64,000 nucleotides of DNA from Neoconidiobolus thromboides FSU 785 (Eukaryota; Fungi; Entomophthoromycota). The position numbers were made by a program, and so were the translations under genes. Position 1 is the stretch's first letter. Every line of letters starts with the position of its first letter. Shown here piece after piece: positions 43,033 through 58,034 of the stretch. The DNA lies in contig MU626313.1 of assembly GCA_025603075.1 (NCBI GenBank), positions 51,650 through 115,649 on the forward strand, in the 5' to 3' direction. A model generated the notes under the pieces. The model had not been told where the DNA came from. It made no database searches and worked only from the letters and a program-made list of their open reading frames with translations.

Positions 43033-43816
43033 CTTGTTGATAAATTATTAAATTACAATATTGTTGAATTAAATAGATTAATTTAATTAATATCAAACTA
43101 ATATTCTTGATTTTAGATTCTGGTAATAGACAATAATTAATCATTGAAATTAATAACATTTCATGTTGTTGATTCATTTGATATAAATTTAATTTATTAT
43201 TTAGTAATATTTGTTGAATATTATTCCATTTCGACATAATAATTTCATAATAACAAAATGATTGATAATGAATTAGAAATTGTACCATTTTAAATAAAGT
43301 TAAATGTTGAGTTGAATTAAATTCATTCTTTAAATTATATTTATTATTCATTAATATTAAGTTAATTTGATTTTCAATTCGTTTTAATTTAATTAAATAA
43401 TTAAACATTTTTTGATATAATTTATCGATTTTGTTATTCATTAAAATACTTTGTATTGAATTATTGTTATTATTATTATGTTCTTTATTGTTATCATTTT
43501 CATTAAGTTGATATTGATATTCAATTATTAATTTATCCCACCACCAATTATTATTACTCATATTATTATTATTATTATTTACTTCATTATTGATATTTGT
43601 ATTGTTACTACTATTATTGTTCTTAATATATATATTATTATTATTATTATTTAATTCTTCATTAATACCTTCATAATAATTCCAATTATTAATAAATTTA
43701 ATCTTTAATTTCCCGATTAAATAATTCAAATTCGAATCTCTTAATGTTGTATCTAATTTTGTATTTAAACTATTAATTAAGTAAGTTTGATTCATGCTAT
43801 TATTATAATAACTAAA

Positions 43817-43869
<53 letters not shown>

Positions 43870-45760
43870 ATATTGAATTAATTAAATTTTTGATAAAATC
43901 TCCATTACCTAACAAATACAATTGATAATAATTAATAATTTCAGTTTCAATCTTTATCTTATTTTTTAAAAAATAATTAATTTCATTATTAATTAATTCT
44001 TCAATTATTGTTAATTGTTGAATATTAATTACTTCTTCTAAATTATTACTTTTTAATATTTGATTTAATGTTTCATTAAATCCTTCTCTTTCTTTATTTT
44101 TAATTAATTTTCGACTCTTCCCAATTATTAGTATTTTTTCTGCTAATTCGATTGTTAAATAATTAGGGATTTCTATTTCTTTAATTAGATATTCTTTTTG
44201 TTGATGATTATAATAAATAAAATATTCATTATACGGATCATTATTAATTGTTCCATATTTAATCCATTCAATTATCATTTTGTTATATGGCATAATACAC
44301 TAAATATAAAATAAATTATATCATATTAAATAATATTCTATTCTATTATATTACCTTACAAATAATTCTATTAATTAATGTTGTTAGTTGTGAATCCCCA
44401 TGCTTAATGAACTGAAATAAAAAAGATAATATTTGATATGATTTTTTATATTGAATATTAATTAATAAATTGAATAGAATATTTAATTTGATATTTATAT
44501 CATTGAAAAATAATATCATTTGATTTAAACTAACCTTTTTTTCATTAACTAGTTCATTTTCAATATTAGCAATAATACCATAATACTCTTTTAATTCATT
44601 ATTAATAAATGAATATATGCTTTGTAAGATTAATCCTTGATTCATATCATTACTCATATCATTACTATTAATTATATTATATATAATTTTAAATTGATTT
44701 CCAATATCTATCAAATATTGAATTTTACTTTTACTATTTCTACTTAAGTTAATGTCATTATTAATTATATACGTTTTTAAATTATGATCATATTGAATGT
44801 ATTTTCCGTCAATACCTTGTAATACATAAATTAAATCTTTAATTATTTCAACTTCGTTGACGATTTCTAAAATAAATATATATTAGTATTTTTGTTTAAT
44901 AAAATAATGTTATTTGTATTGTTTCTATTATCTTTTTAAATTTTATGCCAACCTTCATTACTTTCTTTACCTCTTTTTAGAGGGCGAATTAGTCCGTTAT
45001 CATTCTTTAGACTAATGCTTTGTCGTTTATTAGTATTCATTTCATTTAATATTAAATTTTCATTAAATCTAGGTATTTCTTCAATCCTCGGAATTTCATT
45101 AATTACAACTGAATCCTCCTAAAAAAAACTATTTTATAACTAAACAGTTATTAAATTTGAAAAAACTCACCATTTCTACTTTATTAAAAAAGAAACTTTG
45201 TTCATTGTTATTATTATTATTGTTTAATTGAAAAGATAAAGAATAAAATAAATAAATAATGGACCAACAATTTTTTATATCTTTTTTAGTTTCTATATTG
45301 GTTATAAGATTATTAATCTTTATTACTTTTTTCATTGAAACTTCTTTTTTTATTAATTGTTTTTTGATTTGTTCTTTTAGATAAATTAAATTCTTTTTAA
45401 TGCTGGGTTGAAAACCACTATATAAATTGAATATTAATTAAATTGTTGTCTCAAATTTTAATATATATAAATTACCAATTTAATATCTCTTTGAAATATT
45501 GAATTTTTTTCAATACTTTAGTTTGATCGATTTCTAAATAGATTCTTTAAGTAAACATGATTATTAAAAATAAACAATAATTACCATTCAACTTATCATT
45601 GTCTTTTTTTCTTTCATTTAATATTATTAAATTAAAAAATTCTCTATCTGGACTATTAACAATATTCATTTTAATATTTGATTTATTTAATAGAAAAGTG
45701 TCTAATCTTAACAACTCAACTTACTTTTTTTGCAATAAAATTAAAACTTCATGTGCGAAA
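42839..45760 (-). CDS. SPC98: Gamma-tubulin complex component 3 (Spc98/GCP3); 5' end approximate
   Basis: EVEIIKDLIYVLQGIDGKYI, LQSIYSFINNELKEYY, YLLGNGDFIKNL, C-terminal LAIKLDFNGFY. Confidence 0.8.
43817..43867 (-). repeat. (AAT)n coding repeat (poly-Asn) in GCP3; a second run lies at 42997-43032
   Basis: Direct reading. Confidence 0.9.
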
Positions 45761-47048
45761 TTTGAAATGGATATGCAAAGTTTTTAATTTACTGCATTAG
45801 ATAAACTTATGCAACTTTCAGTGACGTTTTAATAAACTAGATTTCTTTGTATCTAAATATGATATATAATAAAAGTTATTATTATTTAATAAATACTATT
45901 GTAGTTTACATTATCAACAAAATTCAAACTATCAATTTGAATTTTTATATTCATCTTTTATCTAACTCTTTATTACTTTATTTGATATTTGGCCCTATTT
46001 TTTTAAACAATGAAATAAATAGAAATTTTAATATAATAAAAAATATTTTAAAGAAATGTTAATTGTCAATCTATCAATATAAGTTATATTCTATAAAAAA
46101 GCACATCGCGTAACTATTTTTATGTTGATCTTTTATTTTAAATATGTTATTACTTTCAAATACAATAGTAATAAAAAGTAGTAATATAACTATTATTACT
46201 ATATTAACAATACATTACACCTTATACTATAATAATGACATAAATATCATTATTATAAATAAACTGAATAGTATAAATACATTATAAAATTATCATTAAA
46301 TAAATTACCTTGTTATATATAAACTTTTTGATTTCAATTTATATATATTTATATGTGAGTAGAATATTAAATTCAAGTCCTTATTAAAAAAATGAAGTAA
46401 AGTAGACTAAAAAATGATTAAAATCACCCAATTTGGAATAGAATCTTACGTATCATATCAATTCAAGTCTACTGTCATCTTTTATCCCTGTTCCTTTCAT
46501 ATTCTTTCTTTTTTTATTTCCTTCCTACTTAAACCACTCCTTCATCCCACACTTGTCTTATCTATCCCTTAAATTTCTAATTCTTACCTCATTCTTCAAT
46601 GTTATTTCATAGCAAAATCTTATCAATAATGTTCAGCATTATTTGAGCATTTTGACAAAAAATGTAGTCACATTGAGTTTAAAATTCAATCTCATCCAAT
46701 AAGATTAGAAATCTACTGAAACTAAAGTATCAAATAAACTCAATTGATTGGATAATTAAACCAGTTTAAGATAATTCTGATCATGTGCTTAGAGTGAATA
46801 CAGCCAATAAAATAGTAATTAGATATTAATTTAATAAAGTTTCAGCCAAAAATTGATGATAATAAAAGCATAAAATAGGATAATTATTGAAAATCAGGTG
46901 ATTAAATAATAGAGAGTATAAAACTAACAGAAATTAACCATTTTAAAGTTTTTAACATTTATTTTTCTTTATTCTTTTTAATTTTTTTAACTTTAATCCA
47001 AAAGATCTTAACTCTTTTTCTCTTGAAACTAACACTTTTCTATCAATA

Positions 47049-48107
<1,059 letters not shown>

Positions 48108-48377
48108 GCATTGAGTCTTTTGATTGTATATTTTATGTTTATTCTTTATTCTGTCTTATTTCTTCTCCATCAAAATTCTCCTCTATTTTTTATATTTTCT
48201 GTCTTTTATACATCATGAGTATTTGATTTTTTAATAAAATTGTATACCTTTTAATTGAGTTGATTGATCTAAAGTTCCATAATTTAGGTTGTGTTCATTA
48301 TAAAGAATTGATTAAATATAAAAGAAATTAAATTTAATGAGAATTAAATACTATATAATTAATAATGGGTATTATAT

Positions 48378-48475
48378 GGGAATTTTTTTTTGGCTTCATC
48401 ACTTTTTCTATCTTTTAAGTGCTGTTTGAGTGGAAAATTTGTTAGTAAAATTCTTAAACACAAAAATACAGCCCC
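48378..48475 (-). mobile_element. MITE copy 13
   Basis: GGGAATT...CAGCCCC, flanks ATAT/ATGT. Confidence 0.9.
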
Positions 48476-49177
48476 ATGTGCTTAAAGTATTAATCTTGAG
48501 AAAGAGATATATCAAGGCCATTAATCAAAACGCTTACTTTCTAAAATCAAATGTTCTAATTAAACAAGATTCAATACAAGTTGAATGCATTTTAGAGGAT
48601 GATGTAAAGAAGACCAATAATAAAGTCATTACTAGCTTTCATGATGTATATGTTAAATATGAATATAAAGTATAGATAATTAATGCATTTTCTACTCATA
48701 CAAAGTATGTAAACAGTCAGATCTCTTCTTTTGGATCTTTTTTTATGAGTTTTTTGTTTTCTGAAATAAACTATATTTTTAACCCTTGTTGATTATCTTA
48801 ATTTAGTTAACTCAATCCAAAGTATAATATTCACTGTATGTTTTTCAGAAAGACGCAACTTCACATTACCTTTGGTCAGATATTGGGTCTATCTTATCTT
48901 ACTTTTATGTCAGCTTATTAGTTGGTATGTTACTGAACTTAAGGATTTTAAAACCCTTGCGACTTACATATAAGGTTCTATCAAGACAAAATGGTATTGT
49001 ATGCTATGAATCTCAGATGAGATTAAATAAAGTGATCAGTATCTAAACGAAGGTTGGATATAAACGGTGGTAATGAAATATTCAACTCGTTTAAGATAGT
49101 AATAGGTTTAATTTATTTCAATAAATATATATTTTAATATTTTATAAGGCTAATATAAAATGTAAATTAGAATAAAA

Positions 49178-50227
49178 TTAACAATAAGGAGGGGTAGGGA
49201 CCAATTGATTAAATGGTAGAATATGAGGCCAGATAGATACTTTATTCTCTTGGCTAATGCCGCATTTTGGATCCTCATCAAATTTTTGATCGCAATAAAC
49301 AAACTCTGATTTATTACCAACATTATTATGATAAATTTCCGGTATAGCATGTGTATAACCAAACCCCCTCGTAGGTAAATTAGAAATCAAATCCTTAGCT
49401 TTATTATATCTTCCCATTTTTATATTCAATTCAGATAGATATTTCGAAAATTCTAAGTTACCCGGCCGTGGTGATGCATACACATATAATTGAATTGAGC
49501 GTGTATCATTCCTATCTTTCATAAATTGAACCCAATCTGGTGTTGCTATAGTAGCTACCCCTGCACCTAAACTATAGCCAGTGATGTGTAATGTATAATT
49601 GTCATAGTTTGGATTCTCTAATATTTTTCCTAATGCTTCTCGAACTTTGAAATAATTAGCCAAATAATGAGTATAAAAACCATAATGAACCTTGACACCA
49701 GGACTTGCAGTAGGTAAATCAATTGATGGAATTTCAAAACTAGTAATATAATTTTGATAAGATAAACTAGGTTGATATGAAATAATAATTAATTTTGGTT
49801 TCTTTTCAACTGCTATTGTAACTAAAGAATCTACTTGTTTATTTTTTATTAGTTGATATTCATGATATAAATGGGGACATATACAGTTTAAAAATAAGAT
49901 ATTTTCAGTGGCACATACTGATATTAAAGACCGTTGTAGATTAGATTTCATTTCTTCTATGCTAGGTTGGACAATAGTTCTATTTGGGAATGCCTTTATA
50001 GATGGGACTTTTTCAAACCAATTATTGTAATTATGTATTAAAGTGGGTGTCAATCGATTGAAGAAAAATTTAACTAATGTTTGTTTCAATTGAGAACCTT
50101 GCTTATATCCAATTTTCCTTTGAATATTATTTAGGAATTTATAATTGTTTAAGTTGAGCTTTGGATTATGACTTAAGATAGAAAATATGAATATATTGAA
50201 TATTAGTAACTTTAAGTAATAAATCAT
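49178..50227 (-). CDS. Secreted class-3 lipase, single exon
   Basis: Signal peptide, VKVHYGFY, ITGYSLGAG (GxSxG), SPRPGNLEF, DLISNLP, late catalytic His (WPHILPF). Confidence 0.88.
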   Translation of the reverse strand: MIYYLKLLIFNIFIFSILSHNPKLNLNNYKFLNNIQRKIGYKQGSQLKQTLVKFFFNRLTPTLIHNYNNWFEKVPSIKAFPNRTIVQPSIEEMKSNLQRSLISVCATENILFLNCICPHLYHEYQLIKNKQVDSLVTIAVEKKPKLIIISYQPSLSYQNYITSFEIPSIDLPTASPGVKVHYGFYTHYLANYFKVREALGKILENPNYDNYTLHITGYSLGAGVATIATPDWVQFMKDRNDTRSIQLYVYASPRPGNLEFSKYLSELNIKMGRYNKAKDLISNLPTRGFGYTHAIPEIYHNNVGNKSEFVYCDQKFDEDPKCGISQENKVSIWPHILPFNQLVPTPPYC

Positions 50228-50304
50228 AATTTATGATAATTTTAAAAAAAAGTTCAAATAATTGGAAGTTTTATATTGATGAGTTAAATTACTGATCAAC
50301 ATTT

Positions 50305-50402
50305 GGGGGTGTTTTTTTTGATTTCATTACTTTTCCATTTTTTAAGCGCTATTTGAGTGGAAATATTGTTAGTAAAATTCTTAAACACAAAAAAACATCG
50401 CC
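50305..50402 (-). mobile_element. MITE copy 14
   Basis: GGGGGTG...CATCGCC flanked by ATTT/ATTT direct repeat. Confidence 0.92.
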
Positions 50403-51729
50403 ATTTCTTACATTTGTTTGAGATTATTAAATTCAGGAAGATATAAAAATTAAAGTTGAATGATAGCTAATAAAATTGAAAATAGTAAGCTAATATAATA
50501 AATTATAACTTATTTAAAAATATTTTAATTATTTAGTAGCGATAATTACTCTTAAATATTATATTTATTTATACTCAATTATTGTAAATTTAATTATAGT
50601 TAAAATTTATATGAGTATGCTTTTTATTAATGAAATCAAACTAATAATTTCAAAATTTTAAAGAGGAAATGAACAAAATATTAATAAAAAAACATCTTAT
50701 ATCCTCATCAATTAGCTTTTAACTGAGGGTTGATTAATTATATAAGAACATAAAACTATATTTAGTAACACCTTAACTATTCATTATACTAAGTGAGAAA
50801 TACTTTTAATTATAATTGCAATTTCATTAAAAAAAATGGCATATTCACCTCAATTTTATTTCATTCTCTTAATTTAATTTTTTAAAATCCAGTGCATTTG
50901 AATAAATGCTGTCACTATAACTCCATTTTCAACTTGAAATTTAAAACAAATAGTGGTTTTAAGTTTTGTCAAATGATGCTATTGGATTTAAAAATTCTTA
51001 GGGTGTTAATAAACAACAAACGATATTTTAATTTATTAATTTTTCAATTTAAAAATATAAACTTTATAAAGATTCAAAAACTTAAAACAACTGTTGTTAT
51101 TATTCCCAGTTAATAATTAGTAATGGTTTGACAATAAGAGAAAAGAGTATAAACAATCATAAAAAAAGAGTTTCCACAAAATTTAAAATAAAATCTTCCA
51201 GCATAACTTGTGCTTGAGATTAAAATAAGATTAAAATAAATTTGAAAGCTTATCTACGATTTATTATTAATCCAAAATGCAAAAGCATACAACATCGTTT
51301 TTACATGGAGATTCTTATAAAAAACAAGAAGCTGCTTCTAGTCCACTTCATGAAGGTAAAATAAAGCTAAAGAACCTAATAGCAACTAAGGAGTCAAAAA
51401 TAAGGAAAATATGGAGAGAATTGGGAATGGTCAAGAGAATTTACCAATCAATCGTTACTATACTAAATAGATCGTCTTTTATTGGCCATAACATTAGAAA
51501 CTGAAACTTGCGCCTAAAATTGAATAATTAAGAAAATGTAGCTTGTGCCTAAGAGTGAGTAAGGGTGGCGGGTAGGAAAAATTCCCTAATTTTTAAGTTT
51601 ACTAAAGATTTCTCTTTTTTAATATTATTTTTAAAATTAATAAATATTGAAAATTTATTTTTAATAATCAAAAATAAAAATCAATTAATAGTATCCATTA
51701 TATAAAAAGAGTATTAAGTTTCATCCACC

Positions 51730-54173
51730 ATGTCCTTATCTGGAGGCAAAAAGTTAAAGTCGATTTATTCAGTCAATGATTTGAGCAATCATTTTAAAAA
51801 GAATTCGAATAGTAATAGTAGTAATAATACGATTGATAATGGGCATTCAACAGGGGTGTTATATGGTAGTATGTCTTCTAAATTTCGAAATTTTTTTCGA
51901 CTAAATCAAAAAAAGTCAGTGTCTAACTTTAATAAGAATGAATCTTTAACTACAATAGTTCAATCCAATGATATGGATAAATTTAATAGTATTAAAATTA
52001 CTACTACAGAAGAGGAGAATGGAGTGTATTTAAATGGTAATTCTACGCAGCAGAACAAGGTCCCAAGGAGATGTAAATCGGATAATTTACTGATCAAAAA
52101 CACGGATTTGTTTAAAGAGAGAAGCAATGTGAACCCAACTTCTTCCCCTACAGCGAGAACCTATTCATCTAATTCTATTAAGGTTAAATCATTAAATGTT
52201 AAACCTAGTTCATTTAAGACTATTAAATTGCTGGGTAAAGGGGATGTAGGTAAAGTTTATTTAGTGAAACATAAACTTACGGACAAGCTGTATGCTTTGA
52301 AAGGTAATTTTGAATATTGAATGTGAAAGAATGTTAATGACTAATTTATTTTTTAGTATTATCGAAGAAAGAAATGTTAAAGAGAAATAAAGTGAAAAGG
52401 GCACTGGCTGAACAAGTAACTCACATATGATTAAAAGAGAATTAAGGAATTAATATTCAATTTTGAAGGAAATTTTAGCTTCCGCTAATCATCCATTTAT
52501 TGTTACATTATACCATTCTTTTCAAAGCGAGAATCATTTATATTTATGTATGGAACATTGTCTTGGTGGTGAGTTCTTTAGAGGTAATTAAAATTGACCA
52601 TTTGATACATATGTGATGAATATTAATACACTTTTTTGTTTAGTTTTACAATCAAGACCTGGGAAATGTATTTCTGGTAAGTTATATTAAGGAGTATGTA
52701 TTATATAGAGATATTAATATCTAAATTATTATAGAGGATGAAGCTAAATTTTATGCAGCTGAAGTTACCTGTGGTAAGTTAGATTGATAACTGGAGATTT
52801 TGAATACAAATTAATTGAATTTTTTAGCACTTGAATATTTACATTTAATGGGCTTTATTTATCGTGATTTAAAACCAGAAAGTAAAACAGAAGATTTAAA
52901 ATGAGTTTAAGTTGATATTAAATATTTATTAGATATTTTATTACATCAATCTGGTCATATTATGCTCACAGGTAGGATTTAGTTTGAAGAAACATTAAAA
53001 TGGATGATATTAATATTAATTATAGATTTTGATTTATCAAAACAAACATTTCCTATCGGAGAACCTTCAGTGATAAAAAGTTCCTTTACCTTTTCTGTAT
53101 GCTTATAGGTTATATTGTTATTGAAGATAACTAACATATATTCATAGTTAAGACATAATGATCTCCCACCAGCATTAGATACCAAATCTTGCACAGGTCA
53201 TTTTAGAACTAATTCATTTGTTGGTACCGAAGGTGAATTGAGTTATAGTTACAATTATATAATGACTAACTTTAGTAATAGAATACATCGCACCTGAAGT
53301 TATTAAGGGTACTGGACATACAAGGTTAGTAAAACATTAAATTACTTAAAAGAATAAAATAATTAAACGATTTTATTTAGTGCGGTTGATTGGTGGACGT
53401 TAGGAATCTTATTATATGAAATGATCGTAAGGAGTTTTTTTATAATACAAAGTTAAATTAATAATGATTTAAAAGTATGGCACAACCCCATTTAAAGGAC
53501 CTAACAGGAATGCTACGTTTGCAAAAATACTCAAAAGTGACGTTTCTTTTCCAATAACACCTCAAGGAAAGAATGTAATTTATAAGTTTTAATTGTTAAT
53601 TAATTTTTATTAATAGTTTTTTAGTTAACTAGGTAGATATAATTTAAAAAAACGAAAGATTAATATATTAATAAATCTTAAATTTAGTAATTGTAAATCA
53701 ATTATTAAGAAGTTATTATATAAAGATGAATATCGAAGGTTAGGAAGTAAAGCAGGAGCTTCAGATGTTAAAGTGCATCCTTTCTTTAAATCACTAAACT
53801 TTGCTTTATTAAGAAATATGGTACCCCCCATAGTACCACCACAAACGATAACGGAATTAGATCGAAGTCAAAATTCAAGTTCACCAAATCAAACAACAAA
53901 AAGAAATGGGGAAACAAATTCATTAGATATTGAAAAGGAAAAACTCATGTTGGATCCATTAAATAGTAATCCATTTAGTAATTTTAATTCAGGTAAAATT
54001 ATATTATATTGTATAAGTTAAACATAGGAAGTTGATTGGTTTGTTTTTTAGTTACGTTGACACATGAAGGAGATGAAAATGAAGTTGAAAGTGAAAATGA
54101 AGGTGAGGAGGAGGATGCACTTAGTATTGAAGATGATGATGATGATGATGAGTTTTTTGATGCGTTATCATAA
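51730..54173 (+). CDS. AGC Ser/Thr kinase of the Fpk1/Kin82/nrc-2 family, about 14 exons
   Basis: [62 protein letters not shown]. Confidence 0.92.
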
Positions 54174-54597
54174 TTTTAAAAATCAATTTGATTATTTTTT
54201 AAAAATTGAAAAGTTTTAATCTCTCTTCTCTGGTTTTAATTTACTCTTATTCTCCTATCTCTATTATCACCTTCTCTCCTCTCATCTTCTCCACTTCTTT
54301 TTTTTTCTTACTCTTGATTTGAGTCACCCACCCTACCTACTCCTATGCTCGGTTTATATTATTGATTTACTATTTTTTCATTAAATTTTTTTGAGTTTTT
54401 GAAATTAACTTTCTGAGATCCAAAATTGTTTTTTCATCAAAAGCATTAATATTTATAAGAGTATAAAAAAACAATAATAATAAAAAGACCAAATTAGTAA
54501 CTTATCTGTTGAGATATGAATCGTCTGTTTATGAAATGTATAAAAATATCCATATATTAATTTATAATACCAAATCAAAGCTAGATTAAATGCATTT

Positions 54598-54696
54598 GGG
54601 GACGTATTCTTGTATTTAAGAATTTTATTGACAACTTTTCCGTTCAAACAGCGTTTAGAAGACGGAAAAAGCGATGAAAGCCAAAAACACCCCCCC
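54598..54696 (+). mobile_element. MITE copy 15
   Basis: GGGGACG...CACCCCCCC flanked by ATTT/ATTT direct repeat. Confidence 0.92.
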
Positions 54697-54878
54697 ATTT
54701 GATGTTTACTTTTAGTATTTTATAATATTAATTTTAGCAGAATCAATGAGGATGATTTATAACTAACTATTGAAATTTTATTTTTAATAAAACTAGTTGC
54801 ATTTAGATGCCTTTATTTTTTTTAACTTGCCATCAATTTCTTTTATAATAAATATAAATTAAAATACCCGTATATGAT

Positions 54879-56400
54879 TCATAAATTTGACATAAATCGA
54901 CCCTTAAATACTAACTCATTAAGCATTACTTTATTAAAATATGAAAGCTGATTAATCGTTAATACTAAATGATCTGACAATTCATAATTCCCAAAGATAC
55001 TCCTAATAGAATCCAAAGTAAATTTTGCTTGGTTTAAAATCCTCCTATTTTTATGCTTTTTTAACAGATTCAATTTTTCTATCACCCTTAAATCAGGAAC
55101 TTGACTTTGTTTGCATAACTAAATAATTATTATTTTTGAAATCCAAGACGTTAAGACAAAAGTAAACACCATATACCATTTGATTTAAATAAGACAACTC
55201 ATAGTTATGGTAAAATTGAATCTTATCACTCTCGGGAGTAAGTTTAATAAATGATATATTTTTAGTTACACCTAAGCAAATATCTCTCCAAAAAGCTTTC
55301 AATAATTCTATCAGAAGTTTTGTGTAATGATCATATTCCATGTTTAAGAAAAGGGATTGGTTTTAGGTAGATTAATATTGAACGACAATGTAAATAAACA
55401 ATATTTGTTTGTTATATAATATAAAGACAACAATACAAATTAGACCTACAATCATCATCTGAATTATTGTCAAATTAATAGCTTAGATTGAAGTTTAAGA
55501 TGAATGTTAAATAAAAGTTAAAATCCTCTGGAACTAGTTTTAATTTATCGACTACTATTTTGAACCAATCTTTTTGATTATGTTTTAATTTGGCTTTATA
55601 TATATAAATTACTATTTTTCTATTAACTTCCACTACATTCTCTATAACTGCACTTTTCAACTATTCACTGCCGAATCTCCTTTTTACTAAGGATTTAAAT
55701 TTAGATCTACCTACTTTTTTAGGTTCTTTAACATATAACAATAGTTCTCAAATGTCGAATCGAATCAATGGAAAGCTAAGTATGGTGGAGCAAAATGTAA
55801 GATAATTTACATACAGTGAATTCCAGAGTTTGGCTTCTTTTTTGAAATTATTGGAATTGACAGGCTAATTATCACAACTGCCATTATTTAATCATTCCGC
55901 CATTCTTATAGCAGAACCAAAACAAAGCTTAGATCTGACGTGATCAAAATGTTATACTAACATATACTAGCAGTCCGATTGCTATAATATTGCTGTAAGT
56001 AGGTGAAGAATGAGCTAATAGTAAGAATTCATTTTTTTCTAAACAGTTACTATATAAATGTCTATAAAGAATCCCATTGTGAGGAAGTATAAATCTTTTC
56101 AGCATTACTAAATATACACAAAATAACAAAGGCTTTTATTTGGATCAATGTATTCATTCGAATTGCCAAACTATAACTTATAATAGTCAATTAATTTGGT
56201 GAAAACTTCTCGTCCTCGCTCTAAAAACATAGCATATTTTCAACAATATTTTTTAGAATCCTATTATTTGCAGCAACATTGTGTCCGTTTGAATTGCTGA
56301 AATTAGATTACTCTAGTATAGCCAATTCTGTTTTGTTCTTGTAAACGATTATCTCTGACTTATACTCAGTCAAACCTATATTTTTTGTATTTGATTTCAA
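54879..56400 (-). pseudogene. Probable decayed fungal transcription-factor (middle-homology-region-like) gene
   Basis: Fragmented ORFs; remnant FGSAIRMAE*LK and KLWNSLY segments; boundaries approximate. Confidence 0.35.
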
Positions 56401-56702
56401 AATATAATTAATCCATCTTGAGTATTCTAGATTTTAGTTAGCATTATTTGTTTAATATAAAATTACCATTAGTTAATGCTCTTAAATACTTATTACTTAT
56501 ATCCGCTATATCTTTAATGCTATTTATTAATGTAAAAAGTTCGCCAAGTTTCATTTTAATAACAGTTGTATGACTCCTTATCCTTTGGCCTTTATTTTGG
56601 GTTTTAACTTCTATTCTTTATAAAGTAGCTAAGCAGTTTTGTTCAAAATCAACTTTCAATGTTGATAAATTTTTGAAACAAAAATTGAACATCAACTTTT
56701 AA

Positions 56703-58034
56703 ATGAATTTGACTTTTGATAATTTACCAGACCTTGTTTTAATCGAAATATTCCATCAATGTACTCCAGTTAGTTTATTTGGACTTGCTCTTTTAAATAA
56801 AAGGATCTATAATATAGTTTTTGAAGTGATACGATCAAACTTTGAATGGAATATATATGAGAAATGTGGAGGCGAATACAAAAGATTACAAAAGCAATTC
56901 ATCAAAAATAATATTAATAAAGTTAAGAGTTTATCTATTTATAACGTTGATAGTTTAAAGCTATTGGATTCATGTTCTAATGTGAAAAAAATCAACTTGA
57001 ATGCTTTTGTGGCGTTACCCCACTGGGATGAGATTATTGTTTCGAACAAGTTATTAATGTTGACGAATCTAAAAGTCACATTAAAAGTAACAGATTATGA
57101 TAAATTTGTAAGCATATTTAAAGATATACTACACAATATTGTGAATTTTGAAGTTTATATTGAAGAGTTTTACTTGGCTAAATTCATAGAGATTTTAAAT
57201 CCATACAAACTGAAATGTCTGAAAGTTGAATCAATGTGTCTCAATTTGAATGAATTAGAGATATTTAAAGGAAGATTTGTAAAATTAGGAGCATTACAAC
57301 TTTATGGATATGAAATTAAGATACCAACTGGTTTTAAAGATGAATCTAGTTTCCAATCTCTTAAAAAATTAAATATCGTTGGGAGTCCATCACATAATTT
57401 TAAATTAGATTACTTGGGAGACTTGGGAATGATAACATTGCTAAATATAAACTTACTGGGATTTGAGCATGACTTGATTCTATTTAAGGATTCATCAAAG
57501 TCCAAAGTCCAAACTTTAAAGTTAAGGGAGTGTATAAATTTTAATTTAAACAATGTATCAGATATGCCTTTGCTGAAAAAAGTATCTATACATGGAAACG
57601 AGTTATTTATGATTATGATAGAAGACGTTTTGCCACAATCTAATATTCGGATCTTTGAGGCACGTGAACTATACTATCCTGAAGTCAGATACTTGACCAA
57701 ACAAAGCGATAGCTTAATTAATAATTATTCCTATTTAAGTAACTATAAAGAAGAGTTAAAGCTTAATATATCGATTATATCTAAATCTGTGATGGAATTT
57801 ACTATTAAATCCTCTTGTATCACCTTTCAAAGCTTTTTCAATACTATAAAGTCTTTCCCAAATCTCACACTAGTAAAATGTAATTTAGGGTGCATTTATG
57901 ACGAAGACTGTAAGGTCGACAATAACCAATCGTTTTATTTTCAGATCTCAAAATCTTTTGATATAAATCATGATACTTTAATACTCAAAAGGCTATCTGT
58001 GGTTCCGTTAGTTAGACTCGAGGAGGTATATTAG
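56703..58034 (+). CDS. F-box / LRR-like protein, single exon
   Basis: LTFDNLPDLVLIEIFHQC F-box motif; ILNPYKLKCLKV and LDYLGDL align with 5774-7060. Confidence 0.75.
   Translation: MNLTFDNLPDLVLIEIFHQCTPVSLFGLALLNKRIYNIVFEVIRSNFEWNIYEKCGGEYKRLQKQFIKNNINKVKSLSIYNVDSLKLLDSCSNVKKINLNAFVALPHWDEIIVSNKLLMLTNLKVTLKVTDYDKFVSIFKDILHNIVNFEVYIEEFYLAKFIEILNPYKLKCLKVESMCLNLNELEIFKGRFVKLGALQLYGYEIKIPTGFKDESSFQSLKKLNIVGSPSHNFKLDYLGDLGMITLLNINLLGFEHDLILFKDSSKSKVQTLKLRECINFNLNNVSDMPLLKKVSIHGNELFMIMIEDVLPQSNIRIFEARELYYPEVRYLTKQSDSLINNYSYLSNYKEELKLNISIISKSVMEFTIKSSCITFQSFFNTIKSFPNLTLVKCNLGCIYDEDCKVDNNQSFYFQISKSFDINHDTLILKRLSVVPLVRLEEVY

Noticed and set aside
48430-48675. ORFs starting inside MITEs (also 12816-13019 and the N-terminus of 63266-63622)
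   Set aside because: Start codons and N-termini are MITE-derived; no evidence of coding function.
48480-49070. Possible GPCR-like membrane protein relic on the minus strand
   Set aside because: Only hydrophobic fragments and one basic stretch between many stops; cannot be supported without a profile search.
51508-51552. TTG(C/T)GCCTAA twice upstream of the kinase and once at 24522
   Set aside because: Three occurrences of a 10-mer are too few to call a regulatory motif without genome-wide enrichment.
54269-54285. Minus-strand ATGAGAGGAGAGAAGGT resembling the U6atac snRNA 5' region
   Set aside because: The catalytic AGC triad and downstream stem do not follow, and it lies in a low-complexity CT-rich 3' flank; chance match.
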